From contig CAYGWB010000006.1 of NCBI GenBank assembly GCA_964353775.1, forward strand, positions 115,991 through 179,990: a stretch of 64,000 nucleotides of DNA, read 5' to 3'. Every line of letters starts with the position of its first letter. Positions within the stretch are counted from its first letter, which is position 1. This document shows, piece by piece, positions 19,571-28,619 of the stretch. The DNA comes from an uncultured archaeon (GTDB taxonomy: Archaea; Aenigmatarchaeota; Aenigmatarchaeia; Aenigmatarchaeales; JAHLMS01). A program made the position numbers and the translations under genes. The notes under the pieces are model-generated. The model made no database searches. It saw only the letters and a list, made by a program, of their open reading frames with translations, and had not been told where the DNA came from.

Positions 19571-20693
19571 GCAGTATGACGCTCTCGCGCATCTGTCCGA
19601 CCTTTACGGTAGCCGCACGCGTGCAACAACTTGTTCTTGCAACAAGTATCTTTTTGACGTCGAAACCTATCTGACCGGCCAGCTCTGCAACAGCCGTGTC
19701 CGTATCGACCACCCTGTCCGGGAAACAGCCGCCACCGATTACAATCGCTACGTTCGCACCTGATTTGCATACGCGATGCATCTCGCGCAACGAAAGCGCA
19801 AGGTCGTAGAAATACGTCTGCGCGACCGGCGGCAATTGGTCAAAGTCCGTCAAAGTCAGACCGAGCTTGGCTATGTCAGCCTCTGCCGTGCCGCCGATGT
19901 AGGCCCTTAGCTTTGTTATAGGCTCCTCGAAAAAGAGCGACAGCTCGAGCTTGTATATTTTCGTATATTCGATCTTGTTAAGGTACGGCGGCGATGTTAT
20001 GACAGCGTCGACGGACTCTTCACCGAGCTTCATATCGCGCGCATCGCCCAGTTCGATGACCGCCGGTACGGGCTTCAGCCCGGCTGGCCGCAGTTCTCTC
20101 AACATCCTGCGTATCTTCTGCTGAAACAGCGGACGTACGGGCGGCTTGTGCCTCTTGTCTATCTTGACCAGCGCGCCGTCCTTCACCGTCCAGCTGGCCT
20201 TTGTCGCTGCATCGATGAGCGCGAGCAGCATGTAGTTGCGTGTCTGTTCGTCCTCGAGCTCGAAAATCTTGTTCCTATAAAAAATTATGTCCTCGAGCGC
20301 CCATTTCGAGAACGCCCGTTTGAAGTATTTGTCAGAAGGCAGCTCGCGCGGTCGTTCGAACTTCCATTTTAGCGCAACCCTGACAGCCTGTTCTAGAGCA
20401 GGTATGTCATAATCGGCCGTCTTCACCTTTGAGACGAAAACGCACAGCGGACTGACATCGAATCCAATGGATTCGATCTCACGTTGTTTGCATGCAAGGC
20501 AGGTCGTGCCTACACCTACGAAAGGATCGAGAACCGTCTGGCCTGGCTGTAGCTCGAACCTGCCAATCAACCAGTCCACCAGCTGTTTTGAGTATCCTTC
20601 CTTGTACCAGTACCAATTATGTATCGGCTCGATGCGATTAGGTAAGAACGTCACAAGTTGCCCGAGCTCTGGGGCTGACTGCAAAAGAGGCAT
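19560..20693 (-). CDS. SAM-dependent N6-adenine/N4-cytosine-type methyltransferase (orphan; DNA or RNA target unresolved)
   Basis: Motif I (VLDPFVGVGTT) is N-terminal and motif IV (SPPY) lies about 170 aa downstream. A GAGGT Shine-Dalgarno sits before the ATG. No restriction endonuclease is adjacent. Confidence 0.6.
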   Translation of the reverse strand: MPLLQSAPELGQLVTFLPNRIEPIHNWYWYKEGYSKQLVDWLIGRFELQPGQTVLDPFVGVGTTCLACKQREIESIGFDVSPLCVFVSKVKTADYDIPALEQAVRVALKWKFERPRELPSDKYFKRAFSKWALEDIIFYRNKIFELEDEQTRNYMLLALIDAATKASWTVKDGALVKIDKRHKPPVRPLFQQKIRRMLRELRPAGLKPVPAVIELGDARDMKLGEESVDAVITSPPYLNKIEYTKIYKLELSLFFEEPITKLRAYIGGTAEADIAKLGLTLTDFDQLPPVAQTYFYDLALSLREMHRVCKSGANVAIVIGGGCFPDRVVDTDTAVAELAGQIGFDVKKILVARTSCCTRAATVKVGQMRESVILLKK

Positions 20694-20717
20694 ACCTCTA
20701 GATTGGCTATACGACTT

Positions 20718-20855
20718 TTAAGCCTGTTGGAGATAGCAAATAGCAGGCTCGAAGTTTATGCCCATGTTGGCCAGGTACTTGAACCTGCGCTCCGTGCGCT
20801 TTACTCGGCCCCTGTTGTACTCCCCACGTATGGTGTACATAGCGTTGTTGTCCAT
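20718..20855 (-). CDS. Small leaderless ORF (45 aa), not in the ORF track
   Basis: Hand translation gives MDNNAMYTIRGEYNRGRVKRTERRFKYLANMGINFEPAICYLQQA. The promoter motif gtatttaaagcttac (20877-20887) sits 27 nt upstream. It ends 25 nt before the SD and ATG of the methyltransferase gene. Confidence 0.3.
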   Translation of the reverse strand: MDNNAMYTIRGEYNRGRVKRTERRFKYLANMGINFEPAICYLQQA

Positions 20856-20912
20856 AATATTTCTGTATTCAGTAAAGTATTTAAAGCTTACTTTTTCACT
20901 CTACAAACCGAG

Positions 20913-21950
20913 TTACAAATTAGTGCTTTTAGCCCATTTGCCGAGCCCGTCGGCTGTCGGGCGCAGCTCGCTAAGCGTCTTGATCACTTTCTCGATGCGC
21001 TCTGCGCTGAATTCGAACTGGCCAGTCATGAACTTCCTTATATTGTCGGGCTGCAGCGGACCAGAAGTTATCTTCACGTCCTTCTGCACGGGGGGCTCCA
21101 TGAAAAATTTGAAAATCTCCTCGGCCGGCGGTCCTTCCCATTTGTCCTTGACAGCTTCAATGACGTTTGCCAGAGTCTTCTTCTCTTTGACGAGCGCCAA
21201 CGCCTTCTTCGGACCGATGCCGTGGATGCCTGGGTTGAAGTCCGTACCACAGAGCATACCGATGATTATCAGCTGCTCGCGATTGATGCCTAGCTCGGAA
21301 AGAACGGCCTTGAGATCTAGCAGCTCCGTATTGACTTCCACATAGGCGCCGGTCTTCGGTATCTTTTTCTTCCCGGAGACCGACATGTTCCTGAGCATCC
21401 GTGGCGAACCGAATAGGAGCGAGTCCCAATCCTGCGATGCCGAGGCCCATACGAGCTTCTGGCTGCACATCTCGGCGCACTGAGCTTCGCCCTCGCTCGG
21501 CGCCTGCACCCAAGGCACGCCCATGAACGTCAACAGTTGCTTCGACTGTTCTATCATCTCGCTGTTCAGCTTGGCTGACATCTTTGCTCTCTTCAATATC
21601 TCTTTTTGGTCGCCTTCGGCCAGCGCCAGCTGCCAACGCACATGCGCCTGTTCGCGTATATCCTTCCTTTTTTCGACCACGCCGCGCTTGAACGCGGGCG
21701 GCTCGCCGTCAAAAACAAAGACCGGCTGAACACCGGCTTCCAAAAATTTCGTCGTGCGATATAAAAGACCGGACAGATGAGAGGTGATCTGACCCTTGCT
21801 GTTCATCAGCGGCTGGCCCGTCATGCGGTCGCGAATGATCGTGATAAACTGGAACAAAGTGTTGAAGGCATCGATGGCTATGCGCTTGCCCTTCAGCTCC
21901 TCGAGTTCGATCGGTTTGCCGGTGATTATGCTGCCGAGTGCTACGCCCAT
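20913..21950 (-). CDS. fen: Flap endonuclease 1
   Basis: A 345-aa protein with the XPG-N motif (AIDAFNTLFQF), the XPG-I domain, a 5'-3' exonuclease C-terminal region (GIHGIGPKKA), and a C-terminal PIP-like QFEFS. Confidence 0.9.
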   Translation of the reverse strand: MGVALGSIITGKPIELEELKGKRIAIDAFNTLFQFITIIRDRMTGQPLMNSKGQITSHLSGLLYRTTKFLEAGVQPVFVFDGEPPAFKRGVVEKRKDIREQAHVRWQLALAEGDQKEILKRAKMSAKLNSEMIEQSKQLLTFMGVPWVQAPSEGEAQCAEMCSQKLVWASASQDWDSLLFGSPRMLRNMSVSGKKKIPKTGAYVEVNTELLDLKAVLSELGINREQLIIIGMLCGTDFNPGIHGIGPKKALALVKEKKTLANVIEAVKDKWEGPPAEEIFKFFMEPPVQKDVKITSGPLQPDNIRKFMTGQFEFSAERIEKVIKTLSELRPTADGLGKWAKSTNL

Positions 21951-21988
21951 ACAACCAGTTGCAGTCCTTGAATATATTAATTGCAGAA

Positions 21989-23566
21989 TCAGACGAAGCC
22001 GGCGTACGTATCCTTATAGAGCTGGGTCGCGGCCAGCTTCGCTGGGTCGCGCTTGTAGAGCTCGGACTCCAACCGCTTTCCGAACTTCTTCTCCCAGTCC
22101 TTTATCGACACGGAATACTTCCTCTGGATATCGTCGCGGTACCACTGCGGTATGACGTTGAAGGCGCAGAACGGTACTATGCGGCCGTCCGGCTGAACGT
22201 AGTGGATGCAGCAGCGCTTCACGCGCTCGATATCATAGTTCCATAGGTCCATGAAGTGCATCATACCGACGAAAAGGCTCTTGTGATGCAGTACGCGCAG
22301 CGCACCGTAGTCGTGCTTTGCGATTATGGACTTGAACATTGAGACCAGGTTAAGATCCTTCGGTTGTTTTTCCTTGTCTATGAACTTGCCAAGGGCACTT
22401 ATTACTTTCAGTGTAGTCAGCATCTTGGACTTGCCCGAATTTATTTCGTCAGCCCGTTCGTTCAAATACTCCATCAGCCCTTCAACGTCGACGAAGCGCG
22501 GTATCGGCACCACCTTGTCGCCGTCCTTGAAGACGTAGGTGGCCGCGCCGCATGCGAAATGCGATGTGAGTTCGTACTTCGGCTTTCCTGTCAGGGCCTC
22601 TATGAGATGGCTGACCGCTGTCACAATCGGTATCGGATAAAAGTCCTCCTTTGTTATCATTCCATCGGTCTGCTTTTCCAGTCTGTCGATCACTTCCGGT
22701 ATCGTTATCCTGCACTTGCGCACGTCCGCCTTGGTTATCCGGCCGACCATGCTGACTGGCTGATAATTTATTCCGCGGATGATGTCGATATGCTTCAGAC
22801 CGAAGCGAAAGATGTTGCCGACATCGTTGTCGTTAATCATGTTGATTACGGTCGGGACCAACACGACACCCATCTGAGCCTTTCGGCAGTTGTCCAAACA
22901 GCCAGGAATTTCCCAGTGGTTCTTCGGATTCGTCCTTGGTGTCGTGCCGTCGAAGCTGAGATATATGGTGTTCACGCCGGCCGCGCGTATCGCACTCGTC
23001 CATTCCGGATTGCGGCTGAGCTTGTGCGTTCCGTTGATATTGAGCTGGACGTGGGCGAACCCCTCCTTCTTGGCCAGCTTGACTATTTCGACCAGATCCT
23101 CCCGCATCTCCGGATTTCCGCCCGTCAGCTGTATGGCGTTCGGCGGGACCGGCTTCTGGGCACGTAGCGTGCGGAGCATCTGCCCGATCTGGTCGAGCGT
23201 CGGCTCGTATACGTAGCCCATTGCCGAGGCGAAAAAGAAGCAGTAGAAGCATTTCAGGTCGCAGCGATTTGTGATAACCATGTTGGCCAGTGCTGTTTGC
23301 GAGGTGTGATCCTTGCACAGACCGCAGTTCTTGGGGCAGTCGATCTTCTCGTCCGCAACGTTCGGATTCTGTATACCCTTGCCGTCATGCGCCCATTTCG
23401 AGAACCTCTTGAACATGGAGGCGTCGCCCCAATACTTGTCCTCGAAAACGCCGTGCTTTGGACATCTCTTCCTTATCCAGATCTCCCCGTCGGCCTCTTC
23501 TATCGTAGCCGATATTTTGAGTAGACAGGTTGGGCAAAGCGAAGTCGTTTGGTGTGGCAATTCCAT
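21989..23566 (-). CDS. Radical SAM enzyme with an N-terminal Cys4 rubredoxin-like ribbon (tetraether lipid synthase Tes/GDGT-MAS-like)
   Basis: A 525-aa protein with a CPTC...CPKHG ribbon, then the CxxxCxxC motif NRCDLKCFYC, and a large C-terminal domain. The architecture and length resemble MJ0619-type tetraether synthases. Confidence 0.5.
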   Translation of the reverse strand: MELPHQTTSLCPTCLLKISATIEEADGEIWIRKRCPKHGVFEDKYWGDASMFKRFSKWAHDGKGIQNPNVADEKIDCPKNCGLCKDHTSQTALANMVITNRCDLKCFYCFFFASAMGYVYEPTLDQIGQMLRTLRAQKPVPPNAIQLTGGNPEMREDLVEIVKLAKKEGFAHVQLNINGTHKLSRNPEWTSAIRAAGVNTIYLSFDGTTPRTNPKNHWEIPGCLDNCRKAQMGVVLVPTVINMINDNDVGNIFRFGLKHIDIIRGINYQPVSMVGRITKADVRKCRITIPEVIDRLEKQTDGMITKEDFYPIPIVTAVSHLIEALTGKPKYELTSHFACGAATYVFKDGDKVVPIPRFVDVEGLMEYLNERADEINSGKSKMLTTLKVISALGKFIDKEKQPKDLNLVSMFKSIIAKHDYGALRVLHHKSLFVGMMHFMDLWNYDIERVKRCCIHYVQPDGRIVPFCAFNVIPQWYRDDIQRKYSVSIKDWEKKFGKRLESELYKRDPAKLAATQLYKDTYAGFV

Positions 23567-23580
23567 ATTATCAACTTTTT

Positions 23581-23620
23581 GAACTTTTTAAAAGTTGTAA
23601 AAGTTTATATATCAGCAAGA
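23581..23620. promoter_or_regulatory. Divergent promoter region with an imperfect palindrome AACTTTTTAAAAGTT and an aaagtttatatatc TATA box
   Basis: It lies in the 70-nt spacer between the radical-SAM gene (minus strand) and the wHTH regulator gene (plus strand). The half-sites flank a TTTAAA core. Confidence 0.4.
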
Positions 23621-23635
23621 ATATAAAGATTACTC

Positions 23636-24088
23636 ATGTCCGCGAGCATCGAACGCGAGATCTATGCTACGTTCTCAGAAATCACCGTGAATATGGGATA
23701 TTCCGAGATACACGGCAGGATATTGGCCGCACTCTTCGTGGCGGGCAAGCCGCTGTCCTTGACGGAGCTGGCCCACAAGATAGGGGTGTCCGTTCCGGCC
23801 ATCTCTCTGTCACTGGACCTTCTTGAGACGCTCGGAATGGCGAGGCGAATAAAGATGCCGGGCGACCGCAACCTGTACGTGCAGCTGACCGGCGATCTGG
23901 TCTCCGGACTGCGCACCGCTTTCGTGACAAAGGCCCAGAGAACTTTGGAGAACACGTTGACACGGTTCGCCGAATACAGAAAACGGATAAAGAACGATGA
24001 CGACCTTATGGACGCGCTGAACAGACTGGAGCACGAGTCCAGAAGGCTGAAACGTTACATCGATATTCTCGGGAAGGCCCCGCTCTAG
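23636..24088 (+). CDS. Winged-helix transcriptional regulator (MarR/TrmB-like)
   Basis: A 150-aa protein with a wHTH segment (ILAALFVAGKPLSLTELAHKIGVSVPAISLSLDLLETLGMARR) and a C-terminal coiled coil. Confidence 0.6.
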   Translation: MSASIEREIYATFSEITVNMGYSEIHGRILAALFVAGKPLSLTELAHKIGVSVPAISLSLDLLETLGMARRIKMPGDRNLYVQLTGDLVSGLRTAFVTKAQRTLENTLTRFAEYRKRIKNDDDLMDALNRLEHESRRLKRYIDILGKAPL

Positions 24089-24951
24089 TGACCGAAAGCG
24101 ATCTGGATAGAGCGCGAAAGGTTAGTTTCTATTCCGGCGGCAAGCAGGATGAGCCCGATAGACATAACAATCAGACAGGCCGCTACCAACATCAGCTTGC
24201 GGCTTTTTGGCCCGAAGGGGTCGTATCTCATCATGGCGCTGGAAATCATCGCACCTGCGATGGCCGCCAAGAAGTATGACACTACCTCGGGTACGAGGTG
24301 CATTATGTAATAGGCAAAGCCGAGCGGAATTCCTTGTGCAACGGCGGTCGCAAGCCCGCCTTCCGTTGATAGGCGCCGCACGACCAGGCCTATCGCAACG
24401 CCGACAACGGAAGCGTTCCAGGCCAGGATGAACAGGGCGCCTGCGGCAAATATGAATGATAGAACTGCCATCAGGAGCACGAGCTTGATGTTGTTCATGG
24501 CTATCAGCATGAATATTTCAGTTCCGAAGGCCTGCGTGGTAGTTGCAGTGGCGGATGCCGAGGCCGCACTTATCTGGGTTATGCTGTACAGGTTGAACAG
24601 CTGTTCGGACAAGAGACCGTCTGCCATGGATGCCGGCAGCACGCTGAACCATAGGGCGATTCCGGCCACCATCCCGAGGAAAAGGAACGTGTACATCTCG
24701 ACTATGTCTATGTTCACGGTCAACAGGTCCAGCAGGCTCTTGACCTTTACCTCCTCCAGGCTCTTTCTCTTCAGTATCTGGGTGAATATGTAGACCGTAG
24801 GCAGTGTCATGAAAGTAACAATGACCATGGACGGCGCGTGGAAGAAGAGGACGGCGGAAACGAAGATGGCTATCGACGAGTAGAAGAAGCCCGTTCCGAA
24901 TAGGTGGATGGGCTTCTTGACCTCATATCCTAGCAGATATTCCAATACCAA
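24085..24951 (-). CDS. Polytopic membrane protein (SpoIIM/DUF95-like)
   Basis: A 288-aa protein with six to seven TM helices. The family assignment is tentative. Confidence 0.4.
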   Translation of the reverse strand: MVLEYLLGYEVKKPIHLFGTGFFYSSIAIFVSAVLFFHAPSMVIVTFMTLPTVYIFTQILKRKSLEEVKVKSLLDLLTVNIDIVEMYTFLFLGMVAGIALWFSVLPASMADGLLSEQLFNLYSITQISAASASATATTTQAFGTEIFMLIAMNNIKLVLLMAVLSFIFAAGALFILAWNASVVGVAIGLVVRRLSTEGGLATAVAQGIPLGFAYYIMHLVPEVVSYFLAAIAGAMISSAMMRYDPFGPKSRKLMLVAACLIVMSIGLILLAAGIETNLSRSIQIAFGH

Positions 24952-25032
24952 ACCATCACCGTATGACTAATGTGGCAAAAACTGAAATAAAAAACAAACG
25001 GATGCTACAGTCCAGAAAGGAAGTCTGAATCC

Positions 25033-25260
25033 TCAGACCTCGTTCAATGCTGCGACCAGCTGTTCGACGATTTCCTTCTCTGCCGGAAAGCCCAGCGCGT
25101 TCTTGAAGCGCTTCTGGCCGGTCGGCGTCATGAACCCTCGCGAGATCGATATGAACTCGTTCTCGCCCTCAGGACTCACTGCTTTCTTGCGAGCTACTTC
25201 CAAGAACTTGTTTTTTCCGAACTTTATTTCCTTTGTCGTTATGGTCTCGAATTCCACCAT
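25033..25260 (-). CDS. Small nucleic-acid-binding protein (PC4/YdbC-like, DUF3276-like)
   Basis: A 75-aa protein with KFGKNKFLEV...EFISISRGF...KRF, as in the bacterial and archaeal PC4-like ssDNA-binding fold. Confidence 0.35.
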   Translation of the reverse strand: MVEFETITTKEIKFGKNKFLEVARKKAVSPEGENEFISISRGFMTPTGQKRFKNALGFPAEKEIVEQLVAALNEV

Positions 25261-25319
25261 TCCTATTACCTCCCTTGTTGTGTTTCTGATTATGACATCT
25301 TCGATATTCTTAAATGTTT

Positions 25320-25568
25320 CTATATGAGAGTGACCGATTCGACCGTCACGTCCGACACTCCGGGTATTACGCGTATCTTTGCTTCGACGGCCTCAGTGCC
25401 TACGTCGCCCGCGATGACAAGTACTATGAGCGATTTGAGTCCGAAAGCGAGCGGCACCAGTTTGGTGTCCTTTATCTCGACCTTCTTCGCTATCTCGGCC
25501 TTTATTTTTTCAAGATCGGTCTCCGGACTTTCCGGCATTATCTTAAGAGAAATCGCGACCTTTCCCAC
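25320..25568 (-). CDS. Translation elongation factor aEF-1beta
   Basis: An 82-aa protein in which MGKVAISLKIMPESPETDLEKIK...LVPLAFGLKSL..V matches archaeal EF1B end to end. Confidence 0.85.
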   Translation of the reverse strand: MGKVAISLKIMPESPETDLEKIKAEIAKKVEIKDTKLVPLAFGLKSLIVLVIAGDVGTEAVEAKIRVIPGVSDVTVESVTLI

Positions 25569-25572
25569 AAAA

Positions 25573-25737
25573 TCACGGACCTTCGAATCCGCAGGCTTCG
25601 CACTTGTACGAATTGGACAGTTTCTTGCAGCGGCGGCACCTGGTTATCTCTACGCCTCCGCACTGCGGACAGTTGAACTTCACGAAACCTTCGGCCCCAA
25701 CTAGCGAGACACCGCAGGTTGAGCAGCGTATTGTCAT
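25573..25737 (-). CDS. Zn-ribbon protein conserved upstream of aEF-1beta (54 aa), not in the ORF track
   Basis: Hand translation gives MTIRCSTCGVSLVGAEGFVKFNCPQCGGVEITRCRRCKKLSNSYKCEACGFEGP, with four CxxC pairs. It ends 4 nt before the EF-1beta start, a gene pairing conserved in archaea. Confidence 0.6.
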   Translation of the reverse strand: MTIRCSTCGVSLVGAEGFVKFNCPQCGGVEITRCRRCKKLSNSYKCEACGFEGP

Positions 25738-25780
25738 AGTACAGGTATTTTTAAAGTGAAGTATTTAAAGATAGTATCAG

Positions 25781-25857
25781 GCCCCTGTAGTCTAGCCTGG
25801 ATAGGACATGAGGTTGCGGACCTCAGGACCGGGGTTCGAATCCCCGCGGGGGCACCA
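25781..25857 (+). tRNA. tRNA-Arg (anticodon GCG), CCA encoded
   Basis: Hand-folded cloverleaf: acceptor GCCCCUG/CGGGGGC with a G-U pair, anticodon stem UGAGG/CCUCA with loop UUGCGGA, and T-arm GGGGUUCGAAUCCCC. TATA-like boxes lie at 25747-25754 and 25763-25770. Confidence 0.8.
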
Positions 25858-25880
25858 ATTTTAGAAATGTAGCTATCATT

Positions 25881-26846
25881 TCAGATAGTCGTCTTGAGCA
25901 CTGAAGCTCCCTGCTGCTGTAGTGCTTTGGCAACGCGTTCCTGCAGCTCCTTTCCCGGTGTCAGCGCGACCATGTAACCGCCGAGACCGCCGCCTGTAAG
26001 CTTTGCGCCGTACGCGCCCTGCATTCTTGCCACATTGACAAGGTTGTCGAGCTCCTTGCACGAGACGCCGATATCCTGGAGCATCTTGTGGTTCTCGTTC
26101 ATGTATTGACCGAGGGCCTTCAGGTCGTTGGCCTCGATCGCCTTGCGCGCCTTTATGGCAAGTTCGCCGGCTGACTTGAATATCGCATCGTAGCGCGCCT
26201 TATCCGCATCATAGCGCTTGCGAACTGCAGCCACAGCCTCCTTCGTGTCCGTGACTATGCCGGTATTTCCCATTACAATCTCGACCGGCTGACTCATCTT
26301 CAGACGCTCCATCACTGGACCTTCTGCGGACTTCCTGAACCATATCAGCCCGCCGTATGTGGCTGCGGTGTTGTCTATCCCAGACGGTGTTCCGTGATAG
26401 CCCTTCTCACCTTCATAGGCAAGCTTGTTTATTTCATCGTCCGAGAGCTTGAGCCCGAACTCGTGGCTGAGCGCCCGCGCTATCGCCGTGCAGGAGGCCG
26501 CGCTCGCGCCAACGCCGCTAGCTGCTAGCAGCTCTCCGCCGAGAATTATTCTCAATCCGGTTTTGGCCGTGTCGATTCCGGCGGCCTTCAGTATCCTATC
26601 CGTGGAATCCTTCTGCTGGTCGTTCTTCTCTGTCTTGTAGCCCGGCGTTTCCGGTCTGTTATCCTTAATCACGAAACCTGTGCCGGGTGTTCGATCGACC
26701 TCGGCCGTAGTTCTCATACCGATCGCAGAAACGATCGACGGTATACCGTAGACGACGATGTGCTCGTTAAAAAGAATGACCTTCCCGTACCCGAAACCAA
26801 AACCCATATAGACACGCCCCCTTTCTTCCATTATTATTGCGGTCAT
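25881..26846 (-). CDS. mvk: Mevalonate kinase
   Basis: The N-terminal motif GFGYGKVILFNEHIVVYG and the GHMP motifs place it in this family. The likely start is the ATG at 26846 (322 aa); the ORF track extends to 27155. Confidence 0.8.
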   Translation of the reverse strand: MTAIIMEERGRVYMGFGFGYGKVILFNEHIVVYGIPSIVSAIGMRTTAEVDRTPGTGFVIKDNRPETPGYKTEKNDQQKDSTDRILKAAGIDTAKTGLRIILGGELLAASGVGASAASCTAIARALSHEFGLKLSDDEINKLAYEGEKGYHGTPSGIDNTAATYGGLIWFRKSAEGPVMERLKMSQPVEIVMGNTGIVTDTKEAVAAVRKRYDADKARYDAIFKSAGELAIKARKAIEANDLKALGQYMNENHKMLQDIGVSCKELDNLVNVARMQGAYGAKLTGGGLGGYMVALTPGKELQERVAKALQQQGASVLKTTI

Positions 26847-26910
26847 ATTTAACTCTTTCTCTCTTGAAAACCAACAAACTTTATATACGCAGCAAGGCAA
26901 AGGTGTTTCT

Positions 26911-27513
26911 ATGGTATTTGCGGAAATCATCGCGGCGCTGTCTGGCGTTGCCGGTTTTGTGGTTTTCTTCAACAGGAACCCAAAGAGAAGCCCGCCGAAA
27001 GGCAGGGACATAATGGTATCTCCGGCTGACGGCAAGATGAAAAAACACTTCAAGGTCAAGTCGGTAAATGGCCTGTTCGGCGCGACAGGAAAAACCATAG
27101 GAAAAATCGACGCGCAAGGCCCGCATATGGTCGTGCCCATAAATCTCTCCATCATGGATGTTCATGTGACACGCGCACCTTGCAATGCCAAAGTGATCGA
27201 TGTCATCCACCAGAGGGGAAAGTTCCTGCCGGCCATCTGCAAATCGGCGCTCGTCAAGAACCAGCGCAACATAATCGTAATGCAGGCACGCGGTGTCTAT
27301 TTCGCGGTCGTCCAGAGCACAGGCGCAATCGCAAGACGCGTACGCTGCTGGGTAAAGCCCGGCGACATGGTCGTGACAGGCCAGGCCATCGGACGCATAC
27401 TGCTCGGCTCAAACACATCTTTGATAATACCCGCCAGGCATTTCACAAATTCCAAGGACCACAGGCGCGTAAGGGCGGGAGAAACGATATTGGGAGTGCT
27501 GAAGGCTGATTGA
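26911..27513 (+). CDS. psd: Phosphatidylserine decarboxylase family proenzyme (archaeal short type)
   Basis: A 200-aa protein with an N-terminal TM helix, a PSD-like core, and LGS near the C-terminus as a candidate self-cleavage site. It sits directly upstream of a serine-type CDP-alcohol phosphatidyltransferase. Confidence 0.55.
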   Translation: MVFAEIIAALSGVAGFVVFFNRNPKRSPPKGRDIMVSPADGKMKKHFKVKSVNGLFGATGKTIGKIDAQGPHMVVPINLSIMDVHVTRAPCNAKVIDVIHQRGKFLPAICKSALVKNQRNIIVMQARGVYFAVVQSTGAIARRVRCWVKPGDMVVTGQAIGRILLGSNTSLIIPARHFTNSKDHRRVRAGETILGVLKAD

Positions 27514-27514
27514 A

Positions 27515-28069
27515 ATGCGTTTCAGCATCGCCCGACACATAACATTCGCCGACATGATATCGCTGACATCTGCGCTACTGGGCTTCGCATCTATTTTCAT
27601 GATTGTTCTTGGTCGCGTCCACACGGCCGCCCTTGCGATAGTCGCTTCTGCCATACTAGATTATCTTGACGGCCGTATCGCGCGCAAGCACGGCGGCAAC
27701 AAGGACTGGGGCAGGCAGATGGACTCGCTATGCGACATCGTAGCATTCGGCGTCGCTCCGGCGTTCCTGGCATGGCCGGTGATAGCCGCCGGCTTCGCAC
27801 AGATGAACATGAATATCGCCATTGCCGTCGGCTTCGCGTTCCCTTCACTTATAATAATAGCCGGCATACTCCGCCTTGCCAGATACAACATATCCACTCA
27901 CAATAACATCTATGTCGGAATGCCGATAACGATGAACGGTCTGATATTCCCTGTTGTCTGGGCGGTGACGCTCGGGATGGCAGTCGATCTGAGGGCGGTC
28001 ATAATGGCAATCACATGCGTGCTGTCCGCTGTTCTCATGGTCAGCGATTTCCTCATACGAAAAAGATAG
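27515..28069 (+). CDS. CDP-alcohol phosphatidyltransferase (archaetidylserine synthase-like)
   Basis: Motif D-x2-DG-x2-AR-x8-G-x3-D-x3-D appears as LDYLDGRIARKHGGNKDWGRQMDSLCD. The protein is 184 aa with multiple TM helices. Confidence 0.65.
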   Translation: MRFSIARHITFADMISLTSALLGFASIFMIVLGRVHTAALAIVASAILDYLDGRIARKHGGNKDWGRQMDSLCDIVAFGVAPAFLAWPVIAAGFAQMNMNIAIAVGFAFPSLIIIAGILRLARYNISTHNNIYVGMPITMNGLIFPVVWAVTLGMAVDLRAVIMAITCVLSAVLMVSDFLIRKR

Positions 28070-28079
28070 GCGCAATGAA

Positions 28080-28619
28080 ATGGACATCTGGATCGAACTT
28101 ATCGGTGCTTTATGGCTACTGATACCTGCCTATGCAGCGAACGGCTGGCCGCCGCTGGCCCGAGGCAGAAGGCCGATAGACGGCGGACGGAACTGGAGGG
28201 ACGGCAGGCGGATCTTCGGAGACAGCAAAACGATAGAAGGGTTCGCGCTCGGCGTCGGCGCAGGAACATTCTACGGAATCATCGAGAGCTACCTGTTCCC
28301 GATTTTCAACACCTATTCTGGCATGTGGGGCGCGTCGCTACCGTTGATGACGCCTTTTATCGGCTTCATGATAGCGTTCGGCGCAATGACCGGCGACCTT
28401 GTCGGAAGCTTCATCAAGAGACGGCTCGGAATGAAGTCCAGCGCCAATGCACCCGGTCTCGACCAGCTCAATTTCGTCGTGGGCGCGATCGTCTTCAGCT
28501 TCGCGTTCACGCACATCAGCATCGTCATGGCGGCCATAATGCTGTTAATAACACTGTTCATTCACAGGATGGTCTGCATAATCGGTTATTTGCTGGGTTT
28601 CAAGAAAGTTCCGTGGTGA
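28080..28619 (+). CDS. carS: CDP-archaeol synthase
   Basis: A 179-aa membrane protein with the CarS signature (GGRNWRDGRRIFGDSKTIEG) and the typical length. Confidence 0.65.
   Translation: MDIWIELIGALWLLIPAYAANGWPPLARGRRPIDGGRNWRDGRRIFGDSKTIEGFALGVGAGTFYGIIESYLFPIFNTYSGMWGASLPLMTPFIGFMIAFGAMTGDLVGSFIKRRLGMKSSANAPGLDQLNFVVGAIVFSFAFTHISIVMAAIMLLITLFIHRMVCIIGYLLGFKKVPW

Noticed and set aside
20703-21345. + strand ORFs 20703-21293 and 20758-21345
   Set aside because: They are antisense to the FEN-1 gene, which has unmistakable family motifs.
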